This document shows positions 1 to 9,483 of a stretch of 64,000 bases of DNA, piece by piece. The translations under genes and the position numbers were made by a program. The notes beneath the pieces were generated by a model. It ran no database searches, was not told where the DNA came from, and saw only the letters and a program-made list of their open reading frames with translations. Source of the stretch: Minisyncoccia bacterium (GTDB taxonomy: Bacteria; Patescibacteriota; Minisyncoccia; Phycocordibacterales; PALSA-1337); the NCBI GenBank assembly GCA_038211765.1, contig JBBQVG010000001.1, forward strand, positions 1,837 through 65,836, given 5' to 3'. The first letter of the stretch is position 1. Every line of letters starts with the position of its first letter.

Positions 1-1711
1 CGGTGATGACGTTCACAGACGGGCGCTGAGTGGAAATAATAAGGTGGATGCCGACGGCGCGCGACATCTGAGCCAAGCGGACGATGGCGGACTCAAGCTC
101 GCGAGGATAGGTCTGCATGATGTCGGCCAACTCATCGATAATGATGACAATATACGGCATGGTCTCTGGAAAAACTGTCTTTTCTTGCCCACTGTTCTTT
201 TCGTCTTTCTTGTGTGCGGCCACGGCTGGGGCAAGAATAGTTTTGTGATACGAGTCAATATCTCGGACAGTATTTTGTTCTAGTATGTCATAGCGGCGGC
301 TCATTTCTTTTGCAGCCCATTTTAGTGCAAGAATAGCTTTCTTCGGATCAGTAATAACCGGAGTGAGAAGATGCGGGATCTTGTTGTACAAGGTGAGCTC
401 CACGCGCTTTGGGTCTATCATGATGAACTTTAGATTTTCTGGAGAATTGCGGTAGAGGAGAGAGGTGATGAGGGTGTGTATAGAAACAGACTTTCCTGAA
501 CCTGTGGCACCAGCGATGAGCATGTGGGGAGCTTTGGCGAGGTTGGAGAAGTGTGCTCGACCAGTGATGTCCTTGCCTAGAGAGACGAGGAGTGGTTTTT
601 CGGACTCTTGATAATCAGAAGACGCAAGGATGGTGGCGAGACCGACAGTGGTCTTTGAGGTATTGGGGACTTCGATACCTACCAGTGACTTGCCAGGGAT
701 AGGGGCTTCGATGCGTATAGGGTGGGCGGCAAGTGCTAGGGCGAGGTCGTTGTTGAGTCCGACTATCTTTGCAAGCTTCACTCCTTCTGCAGGCTTGAGG
801 GCATAACGGGTGACAGATGGTCCGATAGAGATCTCGTCCATCTCCACTGTAATATTGAAGTTCGAAAGAGTCCTCTTGATGATATTGGCATTGGCTTTGA
901 TGTCACCAGTTTCTGGCTTGCCCTTGTCTTTTTCGAGGAGGTTGAGCGGTGGGGGAGTGAAGGCTTTGCTATAAGGCATGACTACTGATGAGGCAAAAGC
1001 GTTCTCTTCTGCGTCACTAAAGTCTAGTAGTCCACCACGCTTGAATTTCTTTTCGTTGGCTTTCTCCATGTTCTTCTTGGCTTCGGCTAGTGCGAGAGCT
1101 TTGGCGCTTACTGGGCTAGCTGAGTCCATGATGTTCGCTTCGGCATTGGCCACAGCCTTGTCGAGGGCCGTCTCGTCGTCTAGATCCGTAACGTCCTCGT
1201 CAGAGGTTTTCTGGAATCTCCTCCAGAAGGCCAGGCCCTCCCAGGTGATGTGGATATTGAAGGTGATCAGGATAGAAATAACAAAGATGGCTACGAGTAC
1301 TGCCGCTGTAGCCCAGACATCGAAGAGTTTTAGTAATGGAGTAGCGATCCAGCGACCGATGATGCCCCCAGCATGTTCCGGAAGGAGGTAGATAATGCCC
1401 AGTCCAGAGATGAAAAATAAGATGGCACCAGCAGTCTTTGAGTAACCAAGCTTGTGTTGCATGCCTCGAAAGAGTGAAATGCCCAACATAATAAAGACAA
1501 TGGGTATAAGGTAGTAGCCTATCCCAAAAAGCTTGGAGAGCCAGCCAAAGGCGTAGTCTCCGATGATGCCAGCCTTTGCAAACGCGGCCAGAAGAGCGAT
1601 GAGGGCCACCACAAACGAACAGATACCCATGATGGCCTGTTTTGTATAGTTTGGCACCTCGTCAGCAATACTTTTTTTATCTAGCTTTTCGGAACTTTTC
1701 TTTTTTGCCAT
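1..1711 (-). CDS. ftsK: DNA translocase FtsK/SpoIIIE family, partial (C-terminus runs past window start)
   Basis: Minus-strand frame open from ATG at 1709-1711 (MAKKKSSEKLDKK...) to the window edge. N-terminal hydrophobic TM segments, then Walker A 'AGATGSGKSV' and Walker B 'IVIIIDELADIM', and '...ISTQRPSVNVIT' near the edge. Absent from the ORF track because no stop lies inside the window. Confidence 0.8.
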   Translation of the reverse strand, partial: MAKKKSSEKLDKKSIADEVPNYTKQAIMGICSFVVALIALLAAFAKAGIIGDYAFGWLSKLFGIGYYLIPIVFIMLGISLFRGMQHKLGYSKTAGAILFFISGLGIIYLLPEHAGGIIGRWIATPLLKLFDVWATAAVLVAIFVISILITFNIHITWEGLAFWRRFQKTSDEDVTDLDDETALDKAVANAEANIMDSASPVSAKALALAEAKKNMEKANEKKFKRGGLLDFSDAEENAFASSVVMPYSKAFTPPPLNLLEKDKGKPETGDIKANANIIKRTLSNFNITVEMDEISIGPSVTRYALKPAEGVKLAKIVGLNNDLALALAAHPIRIEAPIPGKSLVGIEVPNTSKTTVGLATILASSDYQESEKPLLVSLGKDITGRAHFSNLAKAPHMLIAGATGSGKSVSIHTLITSLLYRNSPENLKFIMIDPKRVELTLYNKIPHLLTPVITDPKKAILALKWAAKEMSRRYDILEQNTVRDIDSYHKTILAPAVAAHKKDEKNSGQEKTVFPETMPYIVIIIDELADIMQTYPRELESAIVRLAQMSRAVGIHLIISTQRPSVNVIT

Positions 1712-1879
1712 AGTAAGTAAAAGGTAATGGGATTTATTGGTTAATAATAACATAGAGCAATACAACATTCCTTCACTTCTTGATTCCTGCGCAATTTGTG
1801 TCTATAATGGACATATCAAGGACAGTAGAAATATGAGATTTTATATAGGACATATATAAGACAGACTAAAGGACAGAGA

Positions 1880-2662
1880 GTGAATAGATATACCCTCATG
1901 GACATCAACGAAAACCCCAATTCATCTGCATTCAATGACCCAGTAAACTGGAAGTCTATTGGGTTTTTTTCGGCTGAAGACTACCTTATCTACATCTTCA
2001 AAAAGACAGAAAAAATAGCCGCAGCACTCTACCTCGTCTCTGGCCTTCTCAAGGACAAGGAGCCTATCAAGTGGGAACTGCGCGATCATGGAATGGATCT
2101 CATTTCCTCTTCGTTTATGGCTGCCAGTGCAGTTCCTGGCGATAAAAATTCCGTTATCCAGTCACTATTCACAGCCGCTCTCGAGACAATGTCACTACTC
2201 AATGTAGCCCGTATTTCCAACCTTGTTTCAGATATGAATTATAAACTTCTCATCAAGGAAATTGACCATGTGGTGGGTCTACTTCGAGACAAACTTGCCC
2301 AAAATGCAGAAAATGCTGGGTATGTTCTGTCAGAGTCATTTTTTAAGACACCAGATATTTTCTCTAGCGGTTTTCGGCCAGACACCCAAAGAAATAGCCA
2401 TAAAGGACAAGCCTTTTCGGGTAAGCACCCTTATAAAACCTCGTCCAATCTAGCAGAGCAGGGATCATCAAAAAGGACAGAAAGACAAGAAACTATTCTC
2501 AATCTGATGAAAGGCAAGTCCGGACTTACTATAAAAGACTTTTCTCATGTGATAAAAGACTGTAGCGAGAAGACTATCCAGCGCGAATTGCTCGACCTCG
2601 TCGAACGCGGTCTGGTCAAAAAAGAAGGGGAGAGGCGATGGAGCACGTACTCGCTCAAATAG
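1880..2662 (+). CDS. hypothetical protein with C-terminal winged-helix HTH (DeoR/MarR-like) segment
   Basis: 260-aa ORF. C-terminal 'ETILNLMKGKSGLTIKDFSHVIKDCSEKTIQRELLDLVERGLVKKEGERRWSTY' looks like a wHTH DNA-binding domain. No other recognisable motif. Confidence 0.4.
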   Translation: MNRYTLMDINENPNSSAFNDPVNWKSIGFFSAEDYLIYIFKKTEKIAAALYLVSGLLKDKEPIKWELRDHGMDLISSSFMAASAVPGDKNSVIQSLFTAALETMSLLNVARISNLVSDMNYKLLIKEIDHVVGLLRDKLAQNAENAGYVLSESFFKTPDIFSSGFRPDTQRNSHKGQAFSGKHPYKTSSNLAEQGSSKRTERQETILNLMKGKSGLTIKDFSHVIKDCSEKTIQRELLDLVERGLVKKEGERRWSTYSLK

Positions 2663-3070
2663 TTGACTTTACCCCCATTTTGCTCTAGTATTCGTGCTAC
2701 TTATCCACATTGGGCCTTTTGCCACGGTATGGCCCAATAAGATATAATGTTTTGCAACGAGCATGCCCTGATTTCGGATTTCGCAAGAGATCCAAACAAA
2801 ATTATGGACATGTTCGTCCCAGAGCGTTAGCGATGGGGGAAAGGCCTTTGAAAAATCAATAAAGAAAGTAAAAGGTCAGTTCGATCGTCCGAAGCTCGCA
2901 AGAGCGTAGGCGATATTAGTTCGCCCACAAACCCTTTTCTCTTTGCGTGTCGATAGCGCGAATGGGAAAGATGTGGATAGTTAGATTTATCAGAATTTAC
3001 CAATCGCGTTTATTTCCCTTTCACAATTAATATTAAGTAGGGAAGATGCGACAATTATAAAAAACACAAT

Positions 3071-4981
3071 ATGAAAAAGTTTCTCATTGCATCAGGCGTA
3101 GCCGTTTTGGCTTTCGCTTCAGTTGCATCAGCACAGGGCTATATGTTCAACAGCAATTTGACTGTTGGATCAACAGGTCCTGATGTTGTAGCCCTTCAGA
3201 CCAGACTCTTGGCAGAAGGTTATGTTATCCCATCTCTATCAGACGGTTCTGCTTCCAAAGGTTACTTTGGTTCACAGACCAAGACTGCAGCTATGCGCTA
3301 CCAGGCTTCAAAGGGTATTCCTAACACAGGCTTCGTAGGTCCTTTGACACGCGCTTCATTGAATAGTGGCGGCTCAGTCGTCGTCAACCCAGGTGTCATA
3401 GTTTGTCCAGTTGGTTACAACTGTACTCCAGTAGGCGTAACACCTCCTGTTACTCCAGTTACTCCTATTACTCCAGTTGTCACAAACCCAGGCATGATCA
3501 CTACTCCTGGTGTAGCAGGTACTCTCGCTTTCTCACTCCAGTCAACACCTTCAAACGGTACTTCAGTTGATAAGGGTGCTTCAGCAGACGTTGCTCGCTT
3601 CAAGCTCCAGGCTGGTGCATCAGATCAGCAGGTTACAAGCCTCTCGATCGACTTCGATGTTCGCCTCTGGCTCTACGCATCTACTATCACCATCAAGGAT
3701 GATAGTGGTTCAGTTGTTGCTACAAAGTCAGGTCTTTCACAGTCTGACTTCACAGAACTTACAGCTGGTAGCTCATACCGCCTCTATGTTCCAGTCAACA
3801 CAGTCGTAGGTCGCGCAGCAACTCGCTACTTCACAGTCAACGTAACAATGCTCGGTGTCACAGATCGTTGTGCATCACAAAGTTGCACCATCGGCATCCT
3901 CCAAGCACAAGTACGCTCAGTTGATGGAACAGGTGTAACAGAAACACAGACAGTTGATTCAGCCGCTGTTGGAACAGTCGGTAACACGACAGGTATTGAT
4001 CGTTCGTTCACCTTCACAGGTTCAAACAACGGTCAGGTTATCGTCACTGTTGACGCCGCTTCACCTTTGAAGAGACTCGTCAATATCTCAACATCAGTTG
4101 AGACCAATGACGTTATCCTCGGTATCATCGATCTTAAGTCTCAGAATAGGACAGGAAACCTCCGCACTTTGAAAATCACTGTTCAGACCGCAAATGCTAA
4201 CGGTGCCCCAGGTGTAGCAGTGTCAACCATGTTCAACGACATCAAGATCAAGGCCGGAAGCTTGGTATACTCTGCATCTACTATCGCTTCAACAACACTC
4301 TTTACAGATTTGCAGATCCCATTGCCAGCTGACCAGTATGTTCCTATCACTATCCTCGGTAAGATTGCCAAGGATACAAGCAACTTCCTCGATGGAAGTG
4401 CCGCTTCGACCACACTTACAGCAAACACAACGAATATCGTTGTTGAAGATTCAACCTTCAATACCGTTGCCGTTAATTCTGGAAGTGTTACAACAAGTGA
4501 TGTTATCGTCTCAGCATCAAGTGCAGTCTTGAGCAATCTCACCGCTGTCCTTGGAGCACCGATCACCAGCAACAACACTACAACTGGTTACAACGTAACT
4601 ATGGGCTTTGTTTTGACAGCAGGAGATAACACTCTCTATGTCGCGGCTAACCCATACTTCGCATTGTCGACAACTACAACTGGTTTCGCAACAGCAGCTA
4701 CATCGTCAGCTCAGTTGCCAACAGTTACAGCTAGCCCAGGCACCATCGCTGGTGATACTGCTGCAAGTAGTGCAACTGGCTACTATGTAGTTCCAGCAGG
4801 TTCTTCACGTCAGTTCACATACAGTGGATTCGTACGTGCAGACGGATCAAGTGGGCTCAAGACCTTCTCGATCACAGGAGTTAGTTACTACACAACATCT
4901 GCAAATGCAAATGCTATGTTGGCAACTTCAAGCATCAACTACAATCTTGATGCACTCAAAGTTACAGCACTCCTCCCTTAA
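3071..4981 (+). CDS. secreted protein: signal peptide + peptidoglycan-binding (PG_binding_1-like) domain + long Thr/Ser/Val-rich beta-repeat region
   Basis: Signal-peptide-like 'MKKFLIASGVAVLAFASVASA'. 'GSTGPDVVALQTRLLAEGY...GYFGSQTKTAAMRYQASKGIPNTGFVGPLTRASL' matches the PG-binding domain pattern, followed by a 'PPVTPVTPITPVV' linker and ~500 aa rich in T/S/V/A. A Pro-rich antisense ORF there is a mirror artifact. Confidence 0.6.
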   Translation: MKKFLIASGVAVLAFASVASAQGYMFNSNLTVGSTGPDVVALQTRLLAEGYVIPSLSDGSASKGYFGSQTKTAAMRYQASKGIPNTGFVGPLTRASLNSGGSVVVNPGVIVCPVGYNCTPVGVTPPVTPVTPITPVVTNPGMITTPGVAGTLAFSLQSTPSNGTSVDKGASADVARFKLQAGASDQQVTSLSIDFDVRLWLYASTITIKDDSGSVVATKSGLSQSDFTELTAGSSYRLYVPVNTVVGRAATRYFTVNVTMLGVTDRCASQSCTIGILQAQVRSVDGTGVTETQTVDSAAVGTVGNTTGIDRSFTFTGSNNGQVIVTVDAASPLKRLVNISTSVETNDVILGIIDLKSQNRTGNLRTLKITVQTANANGAPGVAVSTMFNDIKIKAGSLVYSASTIASTTLFTDLQIPLPADQYVPITILGKIAKDTSNFLDGSAASTTLTANTTNIVVEDSTFNTVAVNSGSVTTSDVIVSASSAVLSNLTAVLGAPITSNNTTTGYNVTMGFVLTAGDNTLYVAANPYFALSTTTTGFATAATSSAQLPTVTASPGTIAGDTAASSATGYYVVPAGSSRQFTYSGFVRADGSSGLKTFSITGVSYYTTSANANAMLATSSINYNLDALKVTALLP

Positions 4982-5027
4982 TACGGGAACAGTAGCTTAG
5001 ATTTGAGTCTAGTTTAACGATTGGAGC

Positions 5028-5051
5028 AAAAGCCGCCGCACGGCGGCTTTT
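5028..5051 (+). terminator. rho-independent terminator hairpin after 3071-4981 gene
   Basis: 'aaaagccgccgcacggcggcttttgtg': GC stem with 3-nt loop followed by a T-run. Confidence 0.55.
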
Positions 5052-5074
5052 GTGTTGGGTGGGGGCGGGGTTAT

Positions 5075-5126
5075 CCCAAGACCTACCCTTGCGTGGCGTG
5101 CCCGCCACGCAAGGGTAGGTCTTGGG
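5075..5126. repeat. REP-like palindromic doublet (24-bp perfect inverted repeat, 4-nt spacer) built on the CAAGACCTACCCTTG core
   Basis: 'cccaagacctacccttgcgtggcg tgcc cgccacgcaagggtaggtcttggg'. The same 15-18-mer core recurs at 56468, 57067, 57171, 57250(rc) and 61937. Confidence 0.65.
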
Positions 5127-5166
5127 GATGAATTTGTGGACTTAGGTACACAAATTTGGTATCATT

Positions 5167-6303
5167 TTGGGTATTATGTATAAAAGAACACTATCAGAAA
5201 TTATACCGAAAGCTTTTAGTAAGGGCTTTATTGTCATTATTTATGGTGCTCGTAGAGTAGGGAAGACCGTACTTCTCCAACAGATACAGGCTGTATTGGG
5301 TAACCCCAGTATCTTGATGTTCAATGGTGATACCGCAGAAGCTGTAGAAGCCTTCAATACAAACTCGGAGACGAGACTTTCATCATTGGTGAAAGATCAC
5401 GAGTATATATTTGTAGATGAAGCACAAAATATTCCAAACATTACACTTGCTCTGAAAATAATCATAGATAAATTTCCAGAAAAGAAGATAATAATCACAG
5501 GCTCATCATCGTTGGCGCTAGTTCGTGGCGCAACCGAACATCTGACAGGGAGAAATATCTCATTTACCTTGTTTCCATTAAGTACAACGGAAATGACTGC
5601 AGATGTGCCAGCCTTCAAGATCCCTGCGCTTCTGGATCAGCAACTGGTATTCGGTTCTTATCCTCACGTACAGTCTCTTTCTACCTCTGAAGAAAAAAAG
5701 AGATATTTGTCTGGGATCGTTGAAAATTACTTGTTTCAAGACGTACTTTTACTAGAGCGTCTGGATTATCCAGAAGGATTCAAAAAGATGGCCACTTTTT
5801 TGGCATTTCAGATTGGGAAAGAGGTTTCATTGAATGAGATAGCTAAAAATCTTAATATTAGTGTCAAAACAGTCTCAAGGTATTTGGATCTTCTTGAGAA
5901 GAGTTTCGTTATTTTGCCACTAGGAGCTTATTCAAGCAATCTAAGGAACGAAATTAGTAAGAATAAGAAATATTATTTTTATGACCTAGGTATCCGTAAT
6001 GCACTCGTAGGGCAGTTCCAACAACTCTCGGACCGTGTTGATGTGGGCGAGTTGTGGGAGAATTTTCTCATTATGGAGAGAATAAAAAGTAATACCTATT
6101 CTGGTAAGATTCTCAATCAGTTTTTCTGGAGGAACTACTCTGGCGGAGAAATAGACTTGATAGAAGTCAATGACGGTAAAATTTCCGCATTTGAATTTAA
6201 GTGGAATAAATCTGGTGCCAGAACCCCCAAAAGCTTCAAAGATAGTTATAATGTTGATGTGGTCACAATTAACAAGGATAATTATATAGATTGGGTCTCA
6301 TAG
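5167..6303 (+). CDS. AAA+ ATPase, DUF4143/COG1373-type (archaeal-ATPase-like)
   Basis: Walker A 'GARRVGKT', Walker B-like 'YIFVDEAQ'. Overall layout of the AAA_14 + DUF4143 family. Confidence 0.65.
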   Translation: MGIMYKRTLSEIIPKAFSKGFIVIIYGARRVGKTVLLQQIQAVLGNPSILMFNGDTAEAVEAFNTNSETRLSSLVKDHEYIFVDEAQNIPNITLALKIIIDKFPEKKIIITGSSSLALVRGATEHLTGRNISFTLFPLSTTEMTADVPAFKIPALLDQQLVFGSYPHVQSLSTSEEKKRYLSGIVENYLFQDVLLLERLDYPEGFKKMATFLAFQIGKEVSLNEIAKNLNISVKTVSRYLDLLEKSFVILPLGAYSSNLRNEISKNKKYYFYDLGIRNALVGQFQQLSDRVDVGELWENFLIMERIKSNTYSGKILNQFFWRNYSGGEIDLIEVNDGKISAFEFKWNKSGARTPKSFKDSYNVDVVTINKDNYIDWVS

Positions 6304-6346
6304 ACCAGTGTATAATCCCTACATAAACATCAAGAATGCGCGCTTA

Positions 6347-6375
6347 TTGACTCCCTGTACACCATCTGCTAAGAT
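6347..6375 (+). promoter_or_regulatory. candidate sigma70-type promoter for the S14-S8-L6-L18-S5-L15-secY operon
   Basis: TTGACT - 17 nt - TAAGAT, ~118 nt upstream of the rpsN start. The leader contains a potential stem (ggatgattgg ... ccaatccc). Confidence 0.4.
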
Positions 6376-6493
6376 CTCCCATACCTCAGCAAAACAATGT
6401 TTGTTTGAAGGGATGATTGGAAGCACGACCCGTCCGCCGATTTGGTAGGGGGTACAGCTAACCAATCCCATTTGTTTTGTAAGGAGAAGACCT

Positions 6494-6679
6494 ATGGCAA
6501 AAACATCAGTCATCGCACGATCTCAAAAGAAGCCGAAATTCCAGTCGCGCGTCGTTCGTCGTTGCTTCCGTTGTGGTCGCAAGCGTGCATATATGAGAGA
6601 TTTCGATCTCTGCCGTATCTGTTTCCGTGAGTTTGCCAACGAAGGTATGATTCCGGGCATCAAGAAGTCTTCTTGGTAA
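6494..6679 (+). CDS. rpsZ: 30S ribosomal protein S14 type Z (zinc-binding)
   Basis: 61 aa '[46 protein letters not shown]...' with a CxxC...CxxC zinc motif. Confidence 0.92.
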   Translation: MAKTSVIARSQKKPKFQSRVVRRCFRCGRKRAYMRDFDLCRICFREFANEGMIPGIKKSSW

Positions 6680-6696
6680 TTCCTAACTTCTCACTT

Positions 6697-7095
6697 ATGA
6701 CCACCGACCCTATTTCAGATCTCATTATCCGCATCAAGAATGGCAGTGATGCCCACAAGCCCTCCGTGGAGGTTGTTTATTCCAAGTTTGCTGAAAGCGT
6801 AGCTCATGCCCTGAAAAAGGCCGGCTACCTGACTTCTGTCGAAAAGAAGAGCGCAAGCAAGACATTTACATCTGGTCTTATTTTGGGGATTTCATACATA
6901 AATGGCGATCCTCGTATACATGGTGCAGAACGCATTTCCAAGCCTTCTCGTCGTTTGTATCAGAAGTCGAGTGATATCCGCATGTACCGCAGTGGTTTTG
7001 GTAACACATTTTTATCTACTCCCAAGGGTGTCCTCGTAGATGTAGATGCCAAGAAAAACAAGGTCGGCGGGGAAGTGTTGTTCAAGATTTGGTAG
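6697..7095 (+). CDS. rpsH: 30S ribosomal protein S8
   Basis: 'MTTDPISDLIIRIKNGSDAHK...' is the canonical S8 N-terminus. Start moved to ATG 6697 (the ORF-track start 6673 is TTG upstream). Confidence 0.9.
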   Translation: MTTDPISDLIIRIKNGSDAHKPSVEVVYSKFAESVAHALKKAGYLTSVEKKSASKTFTSGLILGISYINGDPRIHGAERISKPSRRLYQKSSDIRMYRSGFGNTFLSTPKGVLVDVDAKKNKVGGEVLFKIW

Positions 7096-7215
7096 TTCGA
7101 AGCTAAAAATTCAAAATGAAAAATTTAAATTTCAAGTTAAGTAGTCGAATCCAAAACAGAAATATTTTTATCTGCAATTTTGCAGTTTGCACTTTTAACT
7201 TCTCACTTAATTAAC

Positions 7216-7749
7216 ATGTCCCGCATCGCAAAAAAACCCATTGTTCTCCCCGCAAAGACAGAAGCGACTTTTGTCGATGGTGTCATAACTGTCAAAGGTC
7301 CTTTGGGTGAACTCAAGAAATATTTCCGAGACGACATCGCAGTAGTTATCGAAAATGGTTCTATCACTCTCACACCCAACCGCACAACCCTGCAAGCAAA
7401 GGCTCTGTGGGGAACGTATGCTTCTCATTTGAAAAATATGATCGCAGGTGTCAACAAGGCATACGAAAAGAAGCTGATCGTCGAGGGTATTGGCTTCAAG
7501 GCCGACGTCAAAGGTACAGAGCTAGCTATGGCACTTGGATTTTCTCATCCAGTGAACATTCCTATTCCCGCAGACCTCAAAGTCACTACCGAAAAGAACG
7601 CCATCACTGTCGTTGGTATCGATTGTGAGAAGGTCGGTCAGTTCGCTGCTGTAGTTCGATCGATGAAGAAGCCTGAACCGTACCTCGGGAAGGGCATTCG
7701 TTATTCGGACGAAGTGATCCGCAGAAAGCAGGGCAAGAAAGCCGCGTAA
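7216..7749 (+). CDS. rplF: 50S ribosomal protein L6
   Basis: 'MSRIAKKPIVLPAKTEATFVDGVITVKGPLGEL...' Start at ATG 7216 (track start 7180 is upstream in-frame). Confidence 0.9.
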   Translation: MSRIAKKPIVLPAKTEATFVDGVITVKGPLGELKKYFRDDIAVVIENGSITLTPNRTTLQAKALWGTYASHLKNMIAGVNKAYEKKLIVEGIGFKADVKGTELAMALGFSHPVNIPIPADLKVTTEKNAITVVGIDCEKVGQFAAVVRSMKKPEPYLGKGIRYSDEVIRRKQGKKAA

Positions 7750-7765
7750 GCAGTAAGCCGCACCA

Positions 7766-7785
7766 CCCAGTAGGTGATCCTACTG
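7766..7785. repeat. copy of TCACCTACTGGG/CCCAGTAGGTGA repeat family (hairpin CAGTAGG-tgatc-CCTACTG) just after rplF
   Basis: 'cccagtaggtgatcctactg'. Related copies at 14084-14138, 52921-52952 and 63491-63613. Confidence 0.55.
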
Positions 7786-7824
7786 AATCACGAATGATGC
7801 CACACGAATGCTACAAATAATCAC

Positions 7825-8175
7825 ATGAACACATTACAGAAAAAACACGAAATATTCAGCCGACGCAAGGCTCGCGTCCGCGCCAAGATCCGTGGAACAG
7901 CAGAACGTCCTCGTCTCGCGGTGTTCAAGTCACACAAATATATATACGTTCAGATCATCAATGACGACAAGGGCAATACTCTGGTCTCAGCAGACTCTCG
8001 TGAAGCAAAGGGCAAGACTCCGGTAGAGCGTGCCAAAGAGATCGGCGTAGAGATTGCAAAGAAGGCAAAAGCAGCTAAGATCACAGCAGTGGTCTTCGAT
8101 CGAGGAGGATATCTATACACTGGTAAGATCAAGATGGTCGCCGATGCTGCACGCGAAGGGGGCTTGAAATTTTAA
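7825..8175 (+). CDS. rplR: 50S ribosomal protein L18
   Basis: '...[44 protein letters not shown]...' is the L18 signature. Confidence 0.9.
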   Translation: MNTLQKKHEIFSRRKARVRAKIRGTAERPRLAVFKSHKYIYVQIINDDKGNTLVSADSREAKGKTPVERAKEIGVEIAKKAKAAKITAVVFDRGGYLYTGKIKMVADAAREGGLKF

Positions 8176-8183
8176 ATAACATC

Positions 8184-8894
8184 ATGACTGCAAAAGAAAT
8201 ACAAAAGAATACAGAAGGAGAAGTCGCTGCAGAAACGGTTGCTCTGGATATACCCGTTGCCGCAGTTCCCGTTCCTGAAGTTGCTGCACCAGCCAACAAG
8301 ATCACTCCGGGACGTAAGGTTCGTGGAGACAATGGTCGTCGCGGTGCTCGTCCAGGAAGCACTGGTCCTGGTGGACCTGGCAGAGGTGGACGCGGTGGTA
8401 GGAGTGATACACGTGAGCGCGTAAAACCAGAGTTCGATAGCAAGATTATCGATATTCGACGTGTGACTCGTGTGACCTCTGGCGGTCGCCGTATGAACTT
8501 TAGTGTGGCTGTGGTCGCCGGTGATCGCAAGGGCCGTGTCGGAGTGGGCATGGGCAAGAGTATCGATACTGCCTCAGCCGTCGAAAAAGCTACACGTGAA
8601 GCAAAGAAACATCTCATCCGCGTGCCGCTCTCGGCTCAGATGACTATTCCTCATGCTGTTGAAGCAAAGTATGGCAGTGCACGCATCATGGTCTTCCCAG
8701 CACGCGGTCGCGGGGTAGTGGCTGGTAGCTCGGCACGCGCTGTTATCGAGCTTGCAGGCATCAAAGACGTCTGTGCCAAATTCCTCTCAGGCAGTAAGAA
8801 CCGCGTCAACAACGCCCGCGCCACTGTCGAAGCTCTGAAGAAACTGATGACAGTATCCCGAGAAGTCTTGCAGGGTAAAGAAATAAAGAAATAA
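8184..8894 (+). CDS. rpsE: 30S ribosomal protein S5 with ~75-aa Gly/Arg/Pro-rich N-terminal extension
   Basis: Core 'IIDIRRVTRVTSGGRRMNFSVAVVAGDRKGRVGVGMGKSIDTASAVEKA' matches S5. It is preceded by 'PGRKVRGDNGRRGARPGSTGPGGPGRGGRGGRSD'. Confidence 0.9.
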   Translation: MTAKEIQKNTEGEVAAETVALDIPVAAVPVPEVAAPANKITPGRKVRGDNGRRGARPGSTGPGGPGRGGRGGRSDTRERVKPEFDSKIIDIRRVTRVTSGGRRMNFSVAVVAGDRKGRVGVGMGKSIDTASAVEKATREAKKHLIRVPLSAQMTIPHAVEAKYGSARIMVFPARGRGVVAGSSARAVIELAGIKDVCAKFLSGSKNRVNNARATVEALKKLMTVSREVLQGKEIKK

Positions 8895-8895
8895 C

Positions 8896-9378
8896 ATGCA
8901 AACTCACCAACTCAAAAGGAAGAATCCCAACATGAAGCGTGTTACTGTCGCTCGCGGTGGTAAGCGTGGCAAGACGGCTGGTCGTGGAGGCAAGGGTCAG
9001 TCAGCACGTGCAGGTAACAAGCGTCGTCCAGAATGGCGTGACATCATCAAGAAAATCCCCAAACTTCGCGGTCGCGGTGTAAATCAGAACAAGCCTGTTT
9101 CGGACTCTCTCACAGTAGTCAACATCTCTGCACTCGAAGCAATATTCTCTGCAGGCGACGTCGTCTCTCCAGCTACTTTGATGCAACATGGTATCATTAG
9201 CTCACAGTCTGGTCGCACTCCTTCGGTCAAGATCCTTGGCGATGGGGAAGTTACCAAGGCCTTCAAGATCTCGGGCTGTACTATATCAGCAGCAGCCAAA
9301 GAAAAGATCGAAAAGGCTGGCGGATCTGTCACCCCGATTACCGGATTGGCTGACGGATCGAAGAAAAGAGGGGCCTAG
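8896..9378 (+). CDS. rplO: 50S ribosomal protein L15 (follows S5 directly; no L30 gene)
   Basis: 'KRVTVARGGKRGKTAGRGGKGQSARAGNKRRPEWRD...' is the Gly/Arg-rich L15 N-terminus. Confidence 0.85.
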   Translation: MQTHQLKRKNPNMKRVTVARGGKRGKTAGRGGKGQSARAGNKRRPEWRDIIKKIPKLRGRGVNQNKPVSDSLTVVNISALEAIFSAGDVVSPATLMQHGIISSQSGRTPSVKILGDGEVTKAFKISGCTISAAAKEKIEKAGGSVTPITGLADGSKKRGA

Positions 9379-9483
9379 AAAAAAGGCGATCAGCCGGGGG
9401 TTGGAGATTTGGATAGATGGAGAGCCAAAGCACTGAGTAAAAATAAATTAAGGAAACAAGAAATTGGGTAACTAGGAAAACAT

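Noticed and set aside
978-1391. 137-aa plus-strand ORF
   Set aside because: Lies antisense inside the FtsK coding region. The low-complexity S/A-rich translation is a mirror-frame artifact.
8129-8617. 162-aa minus-strand ORF
   Set aside because: Antisense to the L18/S5 genes. Pro/Arg-rich complement of the Gly/Arg-rich S5 extension.
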